In this document: one piece after another, positions 10,242 to 19,795 of the stretch | How positions within the stretch are numbered: position 1 is the stretch's first letter | Layout: each line of letters begins with the position of its first letter | Assembly: GCA_041666485.1 (NCBI GenBank) | Contig: JBAYGW010000002.1 | Location: 7,711-71,710, forward strand | Origin: Patescibacteria group bacterium | Lineage (GTDB): Bacteria; Patescibacteriota; Patescibacteriia; UM-FILTER-42-10 | Reading direction: 5' to 3' | Length of the DNA: 64,000 nucleotides | Program-made: the position numbers and the translations under genes | The notes under the pieces: generated by a model | Told to the model about the DNA's origin: nothing | What the model saw: only the letters and a program-made list of their open reading frames with translations | Databases searched by the model: none

Positions 10242-12737
10242 ATGATACCAAACATATTAAACAAATTTACAACAAATCTTAAAAACACGCTCAAGACAGC
10301 GGCGGAGTTAGCCTTACGGTCCAAGCGCGAAAAAGTAGATCCCGTTGATCTGTTCAATGGCTTGCTTCAGCAGAAAGGAAGTATTGGTTCCGAGGTACTG
10401 GCAAAAGTCGGCTTCAAACAAAAAACGATAGATACCTTGCATCAGACATTTGGGATTAATGAGCCGGTTGATTCTGTAAAAAGCATGTCGTCATTAAATC
10501 CCCGATTTTCTGAAGAGAGCAAAAGAGCGCTTGAAAAATCCGCACTTGTATCCTCCCGCCACCAGCATAAATATGTCGGTACCGAACATTTACTCCACGC
10601 TCTGCTGGAAATAAAAGATCAAAAAATTGAAGAATTGCTTGCTCAATCAAACGTAAAGATCAGCGATTTGGTACAACATTTAAACACTGTATTGAAAAGT
10701 ACTTCAAAATTTCCTGACATAACACGAATTTTTGAAAATAACAAAGAACTGAGCATGGGCGAAATTGATTTGAAAGAAAGCCCCGCTGGAACCGCACTGG
10801 AATTTTTCTGCACGGATCTTACCAATAAAGATGTACAAAAAAACATTGATCCGGTAATCGGCAGAGAAGAAGAAATTAGCCGGCTGATTCATGTACTGGC
10901 CCGTCGGACAAAAAATAATCCCGTACTCATCGGCGAACCCGGCACCGGCAAAACTGCTATTGCTGAAGGACTGGCCAAGCGCATATCCGAAGGCAATGTC
11001 CCGGTGATTCTGCAGAACAAAAAAGTATTAAGTCTAGATTTGAGTCTGGTTGTTGCCGGTACGATTTATCGCGGTGAATTTGAAGGACGAATAAAACAAA
11101 TCATTGATGAAATAAAAGCCGATCCGAATATCATACTGTTTATTGATGAAGTACATATGATAATCGGTGCCGGTACTACTTCCGGGTCAATGGATGCGGC
11201 AAACATTCTTAAACCAGCTCTGGCAAAAGGAGAAATCCGTTGTATCGGTGCAACCACACTGGATGAATACCGTAAACATATAGAATCAGATGCGGCTCTG
11301 GAAAGAAGATTCCAGCCGATCCTGGTTGAAGAGCCTTCATTTGAAGAGACTTTAGCGGTATTAAAAGGTATTCGGGCAAATTATGAGAAATATCATCGGG
11401 TGACAATTACGGATGAAGCATTAGAAGCGGCAATTAAAATGAGTGAGCGTTATATGCAGGATAAATTCCTGCCGGACAAGGCCATTGACCTAATAGATGA
11501 ATCCGCCTCAAAATTCCGCATTCATCAAAAATTGGATCCGATTACCGAAAAATTAAATTCTGCTGAAAGGGATTTACGCAACTGCCGTAAAGATAAAGAA
11601 TCCGCCATATTGCAGGAAAGATTTGAAGAAGCAATGAATATTAGAAATCGGGAAATATCGCTGATAAAAGAACTGGAAGAGTTGAAAAAGAAACAAGAGA
11701 CTCTAAACCAGAAACCGCTTGGTAGAATTACGGAGAGAGAAATTACAGAAGTAATCAGCAATATTACTAAAATTCCATTAACCGAATTAAGTATTGAGGA
11801 AAAGGAAAAAATCATTAACCTGGAAAGTGAGATCAGTCGGCACATTGTCGGTCAATCGGAAGTGATTAATGATATCTGCGGATTTATCAAAAGATCGCGA
11901 GCGGGCCTCAGCAACCCGAACCGGCCGCTCGGTTCGTTCATTTTTCTCGGACCGACAGGTGTCGGTAAAACAGAAACAGCAAAAGTAATCGCCAGAACGA
12001 TTTTCGGCAGTGATGATTCCTTGGTCAGGATTGATATGTCGGAATATTCCGAAAGTTTTCAGGCATCTAAATTGATCGGCGCGCCGGCAGGTTACGTTGG
12101 CTATAAAGACGGCGGCAAGCTGACCGAAAGCGTACGACGAAAGCCATATTCAGTAGTTTTGTTTGATGAAATTGAAAAGGCACATCCGGAGATTTTCAAC
12201 CTACTACTGCAGGTTTTAGAGGATGGACATTTAACTGATGCTGTCGGGAAAAAAATAAACTTTAAAAATACAATCATTATTCTTACGTCCAACGTTGGTT
12301 TGTCATTATTGAACCAGGGTGTGATTGGATTTGAATCTGAGGAAAAAGAATCCCAGCTGAATTATCAGACATTAAAACAACAGGTGCTGAAAGAATTAGA
12401 AAAGAAATTTAAGCCGGAATTTTTAAACAGAGTTGATAAAATTTCTGTTTTCAAACCACTTGATAAAAATTCAATCAGAAAAATTGTTGAACTGCAAATT
12501 ACCGATTTGAAAGAGAGACTAAACGCACAGGGAATTGAGATGGAATTATCCAAAACAGCCATTGATCTGCTGACGAATAAAAGTTATGTTCCGGAAAAAG
12601 GTGCGCGCGAAGTAAGGCGTGTGATTCAGGAATATGTGGAAAATCCGTTAGCTGATAAAATCCTTAAAAATGATGTGCGCAAGGGCGAATCAATTAAAGT
12701 CAAAACTAAACTTAAAGAGGTTGTGCTTGAAGATTAA
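10242..12737 (+). CDS. clpC: ATP-dependent Clp protease ATP-binding subunit ClpC
   Basis: Clp N-domain, two AAA+ modules (GEPGTGKT; GPTGVGKT), UVR-like middle coil, [11 protein letters not shown]. Confidence 0.95.
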   Translation: MIPNILNKFTTNLKNTLKTAAELALRSKREKVDPVDLFNGLLQQKGSIGSEVLAKVGFKQKTIDTLHQTFGINEPVDSVKSMSSLNPRFSEESKRALEKSALVSSRHQHKYVGTEHLLHALLEIKDQKIEELLAQSNVKISDLVQHLNTVLKSTSKFPDITRIFENNKELSMGEIDLKESPAGTALEFFCTDLTNKDVQKNIDPVIGREEEISRLIHVLARRTKNNPVLIGEPGTGKTAIAEGLAKRISEGNVPVILQNKKVLSLDLSLVVAGTIYRGEFEGRIKQIIDEIKADPNIILFIDEVHMIIGAGTTSGSMDAANILKPALAKGEIRCIGATTLDEYRKHIESDAALERRFQPILVEEPSFEETLAVLKGIRANYEKYHRVTITDEALEAAIKMSERYMQDKFLPDKAIDLIDESASKFRIHQKLDPITEKLNSAERDLRNCRKDKESAILQERFEEAMNIRNREISLIKELEELKKKQETLNQKPLGRITEREITEVISNITKIPLTELSIEEKEKIINLESEISRHIVGQSEVINDICGFIKRSRAGLSNPNRPLGSFIFLGPTGVGKTETAKVIARTIFGSDDSLVRIDMSEYSESFQASKLIGAPAGYVGYKDGGKLTESVRRKPYSVVLFDEIEKAHPEIFNLLLQVLEDGHLTDAVGKKINFKNTIIILTSNVGLSLLNQGVIGFESEEKESQLNYQTLKQQVLKELEKKFKPEFLNRVDKISVFKPLDKNSIRKIVELQITDLKERLNAQGIEMELSKTAIDLLTNKSYVPEKGAREVRRVIQEYVENPLADKILKNDVRKGESIKVKTKLKEVVLED

Positions 12738-12760
12738 ATAGTATATAATTTGAATATTAG

Positions 12761-12786
12761 AACCGGGCGTCTTCTGTCCGGTTTTT
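12761..12786 (+). terminator. Rho-independent terminator after clpC
   Basis: AACCGGGCG / TGTCCGGTT stem (with G-U pairs) followed by a T-run. Confidence 0.55.
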
Positions 12787-12794
12787 GTTATCAC

Positions 12795-13532
12795 ATGAAT
12801 ATATTAAATAAACTATTACAAAATATCATTGACCTGATTTTTCCTTCAAACTGTTTTGGGTGTGGTATTGAAGGAGTCTGGTTATGCAAAGATTGTATTG
12901 AGAAAATACCTATACTCAACAAGAATAATTGTTTCTGGTGTAATAATAAAGACAATAACATTTGTTTTTCTTGTCAGCAAGAATCAAAATTATCAGCATT
13001 ATTCGTCATTACCGCATATCAGAATCCTCTGTTTCAGGATATGCTGCACAATTTAAAATATAATTTTGCTTCCAGCATTGGTGATACATTTAAACTATTG
13101 CTAATCAAATATTTTGAGCAAAATAAAATTGACATTATCAATAAAGATTCCGTAATCGTTCCTATTCCATTACACAGAAAACGTTTAGCAGAACGGGGTT
13201 TCAACCAGTCAGAACTTATCGGCAACCATATTGCTGAAATATTACAGTTGAAGATTAATCCCAAATTATTAATCAGAAAAAAGAATACAAAATCGCAAAT
13301 GACCCTGAACAGAGCTGACCGGATTCTGAATATGCAGAAGTCATTTGTCTGCCCGGATCCTACCCAAATCAAAGGAAAAGACATTATTTTGATAGATGAT
13401 GTGCTTACTACCGGAACAACAATTAGAGAGGCCGCGCAAGCACTAAAATCCTCGGGCTGCAGGTCTGTAAGCGCTATTGTGCTAGCAAAAGGGGGGTTGA
13501 TAAATATGAAAAATAATGTTAGGATAGATTAG
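12795..13532 (+). CDS. comF: ComF family competence protein
   Basis: Zn-finger Cys pairs, VPIPLH..RLAERGFNQS and LIDDVLTTGTT PRTase motif. ATG at 12795 preferred over the track start, which spans the terminator. Confidence 0.92.
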   Translation: MNILNKLLQNIIDLIFPSNCFGCGIEGVWLCKDCIEKIPILNKNNCFWCNNKDNNICFSCQQESKLSALFVITAYQNPLFQDMLHNLKYNFASSIGDTFKLLLIKYFEQNKIDIINKDSVIVPIPLHRKRLAERGFNQSELIGNHIAEILQLKINPKLLIRKKNTKSQMTLNRADRILNMQKSFVCPDPTQIKGKDIILIDDVLTTGTTIREAAQALKSSGCRSVSAIVLAKGGLINMKNNVRID

Positions 13533-13542
13533 TCCAAAAAAT

Positions 13543-13632
13543 GGAGGAGTGCCAGAGCGGTCGAATGGGACAGTCTTGAAAACTGTTAGACCTGCAAGGG
13601 TCTCGGGGGTTCGAATCCCTCCTCCTCCGCCA
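13543..13632 (+). tRNA. tRNA-Ser(TGA)
   Basis: Acceptor GGAGGAG/CTCCTCC, anticodon arm ACAGT-CTTGAAA-ACTGT, long variable arm, GGTTCGAATCC, encoded CCA. Confidence 0.97.
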
Positions 13633-13816
13633 TTCGACTCCTCCTCACTATCGCTCGGAGTCGCTCATGGCCTATCGGCCACTCAATTAGTAACATACTA
13701 ATTAACAGCTAAAGTCGAATGCCTCGAGAGAAATTGAGAGGCACTCGCTCGTGACCTATCGGCCACTCATCAAAAACTACTGAGTCGAGTGTCTCGAGCA
13801 TGGCCGAGAGACATAA
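13631..13816. repeat. REP-like palindromic repeat cluster A (tRNA 3' trailer)
   Basis: CATTCGACT...TCGCTCATGGCCTATCGGCCACTCAATTAGTAA...AGTCGAATGCCTCGAGAGAAATTGAGAGGCA...AGTCGAGTGTCTCGAG...CGAGAGACATAA. Blocks are shared with 14523-14720 and 15421-15532. Confidence 0.8.
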
Positions 13817-13827
13817 CATATAGATTT

Positions 13828-14070
13828 ATGGAGAAATGGTATATCTATATAGCGCGATGTAAAGATAATAGTATATATACTGGTTTAAGCAGTGATCCAA
13901 ATAAAAGGATAATAAGACACAATGAAGGAAAAGGCGCACTATGGATAAAACAACATGGGGAAGCCAAAATTGTATATACAGAAGAATACGATAATTATCT
14001 GGATGCGCATAGAAGAGAATTACAGATAAAAAGATGGTCACGCAAAAAGAAAGAAGCATTGTATTGTTGA
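13828..14070 (+). CDS. Small GIY-YIG nuclease family protein (UPF0213/YhbQ-like)
   Basis: WYIYIARCKDNSIYTG..RHNEGKGA..RRELQIKRWSRKKKEAL. ATG at 13828, because the track start lies within the repeat. Confidence 0.9.
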   Translation: MEKWYIYIARCKDNSIYTGLSSDPNKRIIRHNEGKGALWIKQHGEAKIVYTEEYDNYLDAHRRELQIKRWSRKKKEALYC

Positions 14071-14108
14071 AGAAAATAAGAAGCACTTTATTACAAAAAT
14101 TAGCACTC

Positions 14109-14166
14109 GGAGAGATACCCAAGAGGTTGCCAGCCCGAGGCTGGTCGGCCTTGGGCCGAAAGGGGC
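14109..14166 (+). pseudogene. Duplicated 5' fragment of tRNA-Ser(GCT) interrupted by a 30-nt double hairpin
   Basis: 14109-14129 is identical to 14431-14451 (GGAGAGATACCCAAGAGGTTG). An insert follows at 14130-14159, then AAGGGGC as in the intact tRNA. Confidence 0.85.
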
Positions 14167-14185
14167 TAGCAAAAAGACAAATAAC

Positions 14186-14452
14186 ATGTATTATGTTTAT
14201 ATAATTCAAAGTAAAAAAGATGGCCGTTTGTACAAAGGTTTTACCTCAGATTTAGAAAATCGATTAAAAGAGCATAAAGAAGGGAAAACAAAGTCAACTA
14301 AAAGTTTCAGACCCTGGAAACTGGTTTACTATGAAGTATTTGTAGATAAAAAGGATGCATTAAGAGAGGAATTATTTCTGAAGTCAGGAAAAGGTAAAAG
14401 CACATTAAAAGAGAAATTAAAAAACTACATGGAGAGATACCCAAGAGGTTGA
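14186..14452 (+). CDS. Small GIY-YIG nuclease family protein, overlapping the tRNA 5' end
   Basis: MYYVYIIQS..DGRLYKGFTSDLENRLKEH..G...TK..RPWKLVYYE..A..EE.FLKSGKG. Stop TGA at 14450-14452 lies inside the tRNA. Confidence 0.92.
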   Translation: MYYVYIIQSKKDGRLYKGFTSDLENRLKEHKEGKTKSTKSFRPWKLVYYEVFVDKKDALREELFLKSGKGKSTLKEKLKNYMERYPRG

Positions 14453-14524
14453 AGGGGCGGGTTTGCTAAACCTGTAGGTCGGGTTTTTCCCGGCGCGAGG
14501 GTTCGAATCCCTCTCTCTCCGCCA
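14431..14524 (+). tRNA. tRNA-Ser(GCT)
   Basis: Acceptor GGAGAGA/TCTCTCC, anticodon arm CGGGT-TTGCTAA-ACCTG, long variable arm, GGTTCGAATCC, CCA. Confidence 0.97.
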
Positions 14525-14720
14525 CTCGATTCGCGTCTCACTAATTCGGCGCTCACTCGTGGTCTATGGTATCTAACGATACCCCCGACCATTTCATATT
14601 AGAATCGAGTGTCTCGAGAGAAATCGAGAGGCACTCGCTCATGGCCTATTGGCCACTCAATTAGTAATCTAACAACTTTATATATAAGTCGAATGCCCTG
14701 AGTAGTGCCGAAGGGCATAA
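14523..14720. repeat. REP-like palindromic repeat cluster B (tRNA 3' trailer)
   Basis: Contains CTCGAGAGAAATCGAGAGGCACTCGCTC and TCGCTCATGGCCTATTGGCCACTCAATTAGTAA, each one mismatch from cluster A. Confidence 0.8.
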
Positions 14721-14772
14721 TGAAGGAAAATCTGCTATAATATAAGTACAGTTTATTATTTATATTACTTAT

Positions 14773-15303
14773 ATGGACTTAGACATTAAAAAACCAGAAC
14801 AGACAACGGAAGACATATCATCTGCTCAAGATGTCGGAGATACCCTGTTGCAATGGAAATTCCCTGAATACGAAGAACATGAAAGAGGAATTGTATGGTA
14901 TGTAATTGCCGGTTTGGTATCAGCAGCATTCTTAACATATGCTATTCTAGTATCAAACTACCTCTTTGCATTAATCGTAGTAATTGTTGACATGATAATT
15001 TTGATCCAGATTAATAGAAAACCGGATCGGATTGATTTTAAGATTACCGATGAAGGATTAATGATTGGTTCCTCTTTTACGCCCTATAGCAACATCAGAA
15101 AATTCTGGATTATCTACAATCCGCCAAAAGTAAAGACTCTATACATCAATTACAAATCAACAATCCGGCCGGACATTACCATACCGCTTGAAAATAAAAA
15201 TCCGTTGCGTGTACGTGAAATGTTGCTTAAATATATTGAAGAAGATTTGGAAAAAGAAGACGAGTCCAATAGTGAACAAATTAGAAAATTACTTAAATTA
15301 TAA
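14773..15303 (+). CDS. Conserved CPR-type two-TM membrane protein
   Basis: WKFPEYEEHERGIVWY, two TM helices, then a PH-like soluble region (ITDEGLMIG...Y..I.KFWI). Confidence 0.6.
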   Translation: MDLDIKKPEQTTEDISSAQDVGDTLLQWKFPEYEEHERGIVWYVIAGLVSAAFLTYAILVSNYLFALIVVIVDMIILIQINRKPDRIDFKITDEGLMIGSSFTPYSNIRKFWIIYNPPKVKTLYINYKSTIRPDITIPLENKNPLRVREMLLKYIEEDLEKEDESNSEQIRKLLKL

Positions 15304-15345
15304 AATTCGCATTACCAAGTTAAGATTTCTGCCCTGCTAAAACAT

Positions 15346-15422
15346 GCGGTCATAGCTCAGTTGGATAGAGCGTAGGATTGCGGATCCTAAGGTCGGAGGT
15401 TCAAATCCTCCTGACCGCACCA
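15346..15422 (+). tRNA. tRNA-Arg(GCG)
   Basis: Acceptor GCGGTCA/TGACCGC, anticodon arm TAGGA-TTGCGGA-TCCTA, GGTTCAAATCC, CCA. Confidence 0.96.
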
Positions 15423-15532
15423 CTCGACTCACCCCGCCAAGGCGGGATTCGCTCGTGGTCTGCGACCACATCATTTTAATAAAGGCATATCAAAATAAAA
15501 TCGAGTGCCTCGAGCGTAGCCGAGAGACATAA
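15421..15532. repeat. REP-like palindromic repeat cluster C (tRNA 3' trailer)
   Basis: CACTCGACTC[CCCGCCAAGGCGGG hairpin]TCGCTCGTGGTCTGCGACCAC...AATCGAGTGCCTCGAGCGTAGCCGAGAGACATAA. Confidence 0.78.
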
Positions 15533-15546
15533 ATTATCTACGCATT

Positions 15547-17628
15547 ATGGCAACAGAATTATCTACTCCTATATCAAATTTCCCGACAGTAGGCCCCCGC
15601 ACGGCTCAACGCCTAATAAAACTAGGAATTGAAACGGCAGAAGACCTGCTTTTTTATTTTCCTTTCCGATATGAAGATTACAGCAATATATCAGTCATTG
15701 GTGAAGTTCAAAACAATCAGACAGCTACCATAAAGGCTAGAGTTGATTTGATCCGTAATAAGCGTTCGCCAAGAAAAAGAATGATTGTTACTGAAGCTAT
15801 GTTAGGCGACGATACCGGATCAATCAAAGCTGTCTGGTTCAGACAGCCATATCTGACTAAAACCATATTGCCGGGCGATGAACTATTTCTCTCGGGAAAA
15901 ATTGAAGGTGATTTATTTTCATTTCAAATGATTAATCCGATTTATGAAAAAGTAAAATCCATCCCCTTACACACTGCCCGGCTGGTACCGGTTTATCCCA
16001 CCACTTCCGGAATTACCCAAAAACAGCTGAGATTTCTGGTAAATGTGGCTCTACTTGTCGCTGATCATGTTACTGATTGGCTACCAATTTCAATAAAAAG
16101 AAAGTACAACTTTTTACAACTTAAGGAAGCGATTAGGCAAATTCATTACCCTAAAACAAAAGGGTTGCTGGAAGAAGCCCGCGCAAGAATTGGTTTTGAT
16201 GAGTTGTTTCTTATTCAACTTGGTGCGCTAAAAATAAAATCCGATCTTGCTGAAAAAGAAGCACCCAGCATAAATTTTCAAGAAAAAGAAATAAAATCTT
16301 TTGTTAATAATTTGCCGTTTGTCTTGACTGCATCACAAAAGAAATCTTCCTGGGAGATTATTAAAGATCTGGAAAAACACCATCCGATGAACCGGCTACT
16401 GGAGGGAGATGTCGGCTCCGGCAAAACAGTTGTTGCCGCTCTTAGTATACTCAATACGGCATTGAACGGATTTCAAGTAGCATTGATGGCACCGACAGAA
16501 ATACTGGCACAGCAACATTTTGATACGCTCAACCGGCTATTTCAAAAAGAAAAAAGCATCAAACTTTGCCTGCTAACAAGTCACACGGTAAAAATTGGTA
16601 AAGGAACAATGATCAAAAAAACAGACTGCCTTAAACAAATAAGTTCCGGGGAAATTAATGTAGTAATCGGCACCCATGCCATAATACAGAAGAGTGTATC
16701 CTTTAATAATCTGGCTTTTGTCATTATTGACGAACAACATCGGTTCGGAGTGAAACAAAGAGGTGAAATGAAAGTCAAGAATCCAAAAACCGTCAACTGG
16801 GCTCCTCATTTCCTTTCCATGACCGCCACGCCAATTCCCCGTTCTTTAGCGCTGACTGTTTATGGAGACCTGGATTTATCAATAATCAACGAATTGCCTA
16901 AGGGGAGAAAACGGATTTCAACAAGTATCATTCCTAAAGTAAAAAGACTGGCTGCCTACGATTTTATTGAAAAAGAGATTCAGAAAGGGAGGCAAGTTTT
17001 TGTTATCTGTCCTTTAATTGAGGAATCCGATAAATTGGGTGTTAAGGCAGTCACATCTGAATACGAAAAACTGAACAATAACATTTTCCCGAATATTGCG
17101 ATCGGCATGCTCCATGGCAAAATGAAGGCTGATCAAAAAGAAGATGTAATGAAAAAGTTTCTGGCAAATGAATACAGAATATTGGTATCAACATCCGTCA
17201 TTGAAGTAGGCGTGGATGTTCCAAATGCCACTATCATGATGATTGAGGGGGCAGAACGCTTCGGATTGGCACAATTACATCAATTCAGGGGTCGGGTAGG
17301 CCGGAGCACACATCAGTCCTATTGCTTTCTTTTTACTGATCAGGCCGGACCGGATGTGTTAAATAGGCTGGGAGCCTTAGTAAAAAGCCATGACGGTTTT
17401 GCCCTGGCGGAAAAAGACCTGGCGCTTCGGGGACCGGGGGAAGTATATGGCAGCAAACAATCCGGTTATTTCCCCAGTTTAAAAATCGCGAGCTTAACCG
17501 ATTATGAATTGGTGAAAAAAGCCCGACTTGAGGCCGGGCAATTATTAAGAAGCGATCCTCGCCTGACTGAAAATCAGTATATACGAAAAAAGATTACTGA
17601 ACTCACTAAAAATATTCACCTGGAATAA
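15547..17628 (+). CDS. recG: ATP-dependent DNA helicase RecG
   Basis: MNRLLEGDVGSGKT, DEQHRFGV, MTATPIPRSL, QLHQFRGRVGR and DLALRGPGE motifs. Confidence 0.97.
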   Translation: MATELSTPISNFPTVGPRTAQRLIKLGIETAEDLLFYFPFRYEDYSNISVIGEVQNNQTATIKARVDLIRNKRSPRKRMIVTEAMLGDDTGSIKAVWFRQPYLTKTILPGDELFLSGKIEGDLFSFQMINPIYEKVKSIPLHTARLVPVYPTTSGITQKQLRFLVNVALLVADHVTDWLPISIKRKYNFLQLKEAIRQIHYPKTKGLLEEARARIGFDELFLIQLGALKIKSDLAEKEAPSINFQEKEIKSFVNNLPFVLTASQKKSSWEIIKDLEKHHPMNRLLEGDVGSGKTVVAALSILNTALNGFQVALMAPTEILAQQHFDTLNRLFQKEKSIKLCLLTSHTVKIGKGTMIKKTDCLKQISSGEINVVIGTHAIIQKSVSFNNLAFVIIDEQHRFGVKQRGEMKVKNPKTVNWAPHFLSMTATPIPRSLALTVYGDLDLSIINELPKGRKRISTSIIPKVKRLAAYDFIEKEIQKGRQVFVICPLIEESDKLGVKAVTSEYEKLNNNIFPNIAIGMLHGKMKADQKEDVMKKFLANEYRILVSTSVIEVGVDVPNATIMMIEGAERFGLAQLHQFRGRVGRSTHQSYCFLFTDQAGPDVLNRLGALVKSHDGFALAEKDLALRGPGEVYGSKQSGYFPSLKIASLTDYELVKKARLEAGQLLRSDPRLTENQYIRKKITELTKNIHLE

Positions 17629-17629
17629 T

Positions 17630-18976
17630 TTATTTAGTAAAGGCGATCTCCGATGCTTCTTTTATGCTTTTGACGTTATAGCACTCCGCATCTTTGTGAG
17701 CTTTTGCATTATTGGGAATAATTATTTTATTGTATCCGAGTTTTGCCGATTCTTCCAGACGCTTTTCAATATTAATTACCGGGCGAACTTCACCCCCTAA
17801 ACCGACCTCCCCCATAACTGAAAGCGTATTGGGCAGCGGGATATTCTTCAATGCGGAAATAATAGCAAGACACACGGCCAGATCAGCGGATGGTTCTTTT
17901 ATTTTCACCCCTCCGACAACATTGATATGAATATCCTGATCACCGATTCTTAGACCCATGCGTTTTGTCAGCACCGCCAATAACAACTGCAGTCTTTTCT
18001 GATCATAGCCAGAAGTTTTTCTTTGCGGATAACCGAATCCGGCTTTTGTTACCAACGCCTGTACTTCCACCAGAAATGGCCGGCTGCCTTCCATAATACA
18101 AGTGATCACCGATCCCGGAATTTGCTTTGCCCGGTCTTTCAATAACAGCTCTGATGGATTAGCAACTTCTGCTAAACCGCTTTCTTTCATTTCAAAGATA
18201 CCAATTTCGGCAGTAGAACCGAAACGGTTTTTTATCGCCCTCAAAACTCTCAGTGACTGATAACGGTCACCTTCCAGATACAAAACGCTGTCCACCAGAT
18301 GCTCCAAGGTACGTGGACCGGCTACCGCACCCTGTTTAGTAACATGCCCGATAATAATGATCGCTATTTTGCTTTTTTTTGCCACTTCCATCAACTGTGC
18401 CGTAACCGCTTTTATCTGCTGAAGACTGCCGGGTTGTGAATTAATTTCACTTGAAGTTAGCGTTTGGATTGAGTCAATCACCGCCACCCGCGGTTTTTTA
18501 TCATTTAAAGTTGCACATACCATTTCCGCGTCTGTCTCTGAAATAAAATGTAAATCTTTTGCGGTAATTTGCAGTCGATCCATCCGCTGTTTAACCTGTT
18601 CCGCCGATTCTTCTCCAGATACATAGATTACAGTCTCATTCTGGCTTATTCTCGCGGTTACCTGCAGAACAAGCGTTGATTTCCCGATTCCCGGATCACC
18701 ACCGAGCAAAACCACAGAACCGGACACCAACCCATCACCGAGCACTCGGTCAAATTCCTTAAAACCGGTCCTGAATTTAGGCGTATCCCCGCCCTGAATA
18801 TCATTAAACGAAATAGTCTCGGCCAAAGGCGACAGAGGTTTTTCACTGACTGATGCGACATATCTTCCCTCCACAATAGTGCCCCACTGCCCGCATTCTG
18901 AGCATCTGCCCTGCCATTTTGGGTATTGCGCATCGCAGTGTTCACAAGTGAATATTTTTTTTTCTTTGCTAACCAT
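17630..18976 (-). CDS. radA: DNA repair protein RadA/Sms
   Basis: C4 zinc finger, GGDPGIGKST, KNRFG motif and Lon-like C-terminus. ATG at 18976. Confidence 0.97.
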   Translation of the reverse strand: MVSKEKKIFTCEHCDAQYPKWQGRCSECGQWGTIVEGRYVASVSEKPLSPLAETISFNDIQGGDTPKFRTGFKEFDRVLGDGLVSGSVVLLGGDPGIGKSTLVLQVTARISQNETVIYVSGEESAEQVKQRMDRLQITAKDLHFISETDAEMVCATLNDKKPRVAVIDSIQTLTSSEINSQPGSLQQIKAVTAQLMEVAKKSKIAIIIIGHVTKQGAVAGPRTLEHLVDSVLYLEGDRYQSLRVLRAIKNRFGSTAEIGIFEMKESGLAEVANPSELLLKDRAKQIPGSVITCIMEGSRPFLVEVQALVTKAGFGYPQRKTSGYDQKRLQLLLAVLTKRMGLRIGDQDIHINVVGGVKIKEPSADLAVCLAIISALKNIPLPNTLSVMGEVGLGGEVRPVINIEKRLEESAKLGYNKIIIPNNAKAHKDAECYNVKSIKEASEIAFTK

Positions 18977-19032
18977 TATTTTAAGAAGAAAAGACTCTCC
19001 GAATACGGAGGCCACAATTAATTATTCAGAGG

Positions 19033-19785
19033 CTATTTTTTTAACCCTGATTCAACCAGACTTTTTAAATCATCATAGCTTACCGTACCGCTGACTTCCT
19101 GATCATTAATAAAATAATACGGCAAACCGGCAATTTCCAATTCCGCCGCCTGATCAATACCATCCTGCACCAGGGAAGCCGTTGCACCGGAATCAACACA
19201 ACTGTTGAATTCATCCAGTTTTAGACCAAGGTCTTTTGCTAAATCAGCTATTCTCCCTTTGTTCAAGAACTGACTGTTTTTCAGCAACAGATCATGCATC
19301 TCCCAAAACTTTCCCTGAGCCTGGGCACAACGTCCGGCAAACGCCGCATTAACACTTGAAGCGGTCGGGACATCTTTCCATACCAGGTTAACCTCGTCAG
19401 GATAATCCGCCAATATTTTATTGATGGTTTTATTCATTGATTCACAGTTGGCGCAACTATAATCACCATATTCTATAATTGTAACCTTTGCATCGGCATT
19501 GCCTTTAATCGGGTCCGTGTCCAGCACGGTCGGTACATATGATTTAACTGAAACAAATAAATCATTTGCAACCACCCCTCTTTCCACCAAAGAAAAATCA
19601 CTAATTGATTCCGGGGTTTTCAATGCTGAACCGCGGTATATAGAAACGCCAAAAAGTACGATAACTACAAAACCCGCCAGACTCACCAAGCCGGTTATAA
19701 TTAATAACTTCGGAAAATGCACTGAAACTTTTTCTTTTGTTTTAATTCCTGAAGAAATGTTTTTCTCAACTTTTTTTATCGCCAT
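19033..19785 (-). CDS. DsbA-family thioredoxin-fold oxidoreductase, membrane anchored
   Basis: KGNADAKVTIIEYGDYSCANC (CxxC), CAQAQGKFWEMHD and GLPYYFIN. Confidence 0.85.
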   Translation of the reverse strand: MAIKKVEKNISSGIKTKEKVSVHFPKLLIITGLVSLAGFVVIVLFGVSIYRGSALKTPESISDFSLVERGVVANDLFVSVKSYVPTVLDTDPIKGNADAKVTIIEYGDYSCANCESMNKTINKILADYPDEVNLVWKDVPTASSVNAAFAGRCAQAQGKFWEMHDLLLKNSQFLNKGRIADLAKDLGLKLDEFNSCVDSGATASLVQDGIDQAAELEIAGLPYYFINDQEVSGTVSYDDLKSLVESGLKK

Positions 19786-19795
19786 TTATCCTCTA

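Noticed and set aside
14109-14524. Intron-split tRNA with a homing endonuclease
   Set aside because: The tRNA at 14431 is complete and uninterrupted, and there is no room for a group I intron core.
13631-15532. Possible CRISPR array
   Set aside because: The repeats are degenerate, palindromic and irregularly spaced, are tied to tRNA ends, and no cas genes are present.
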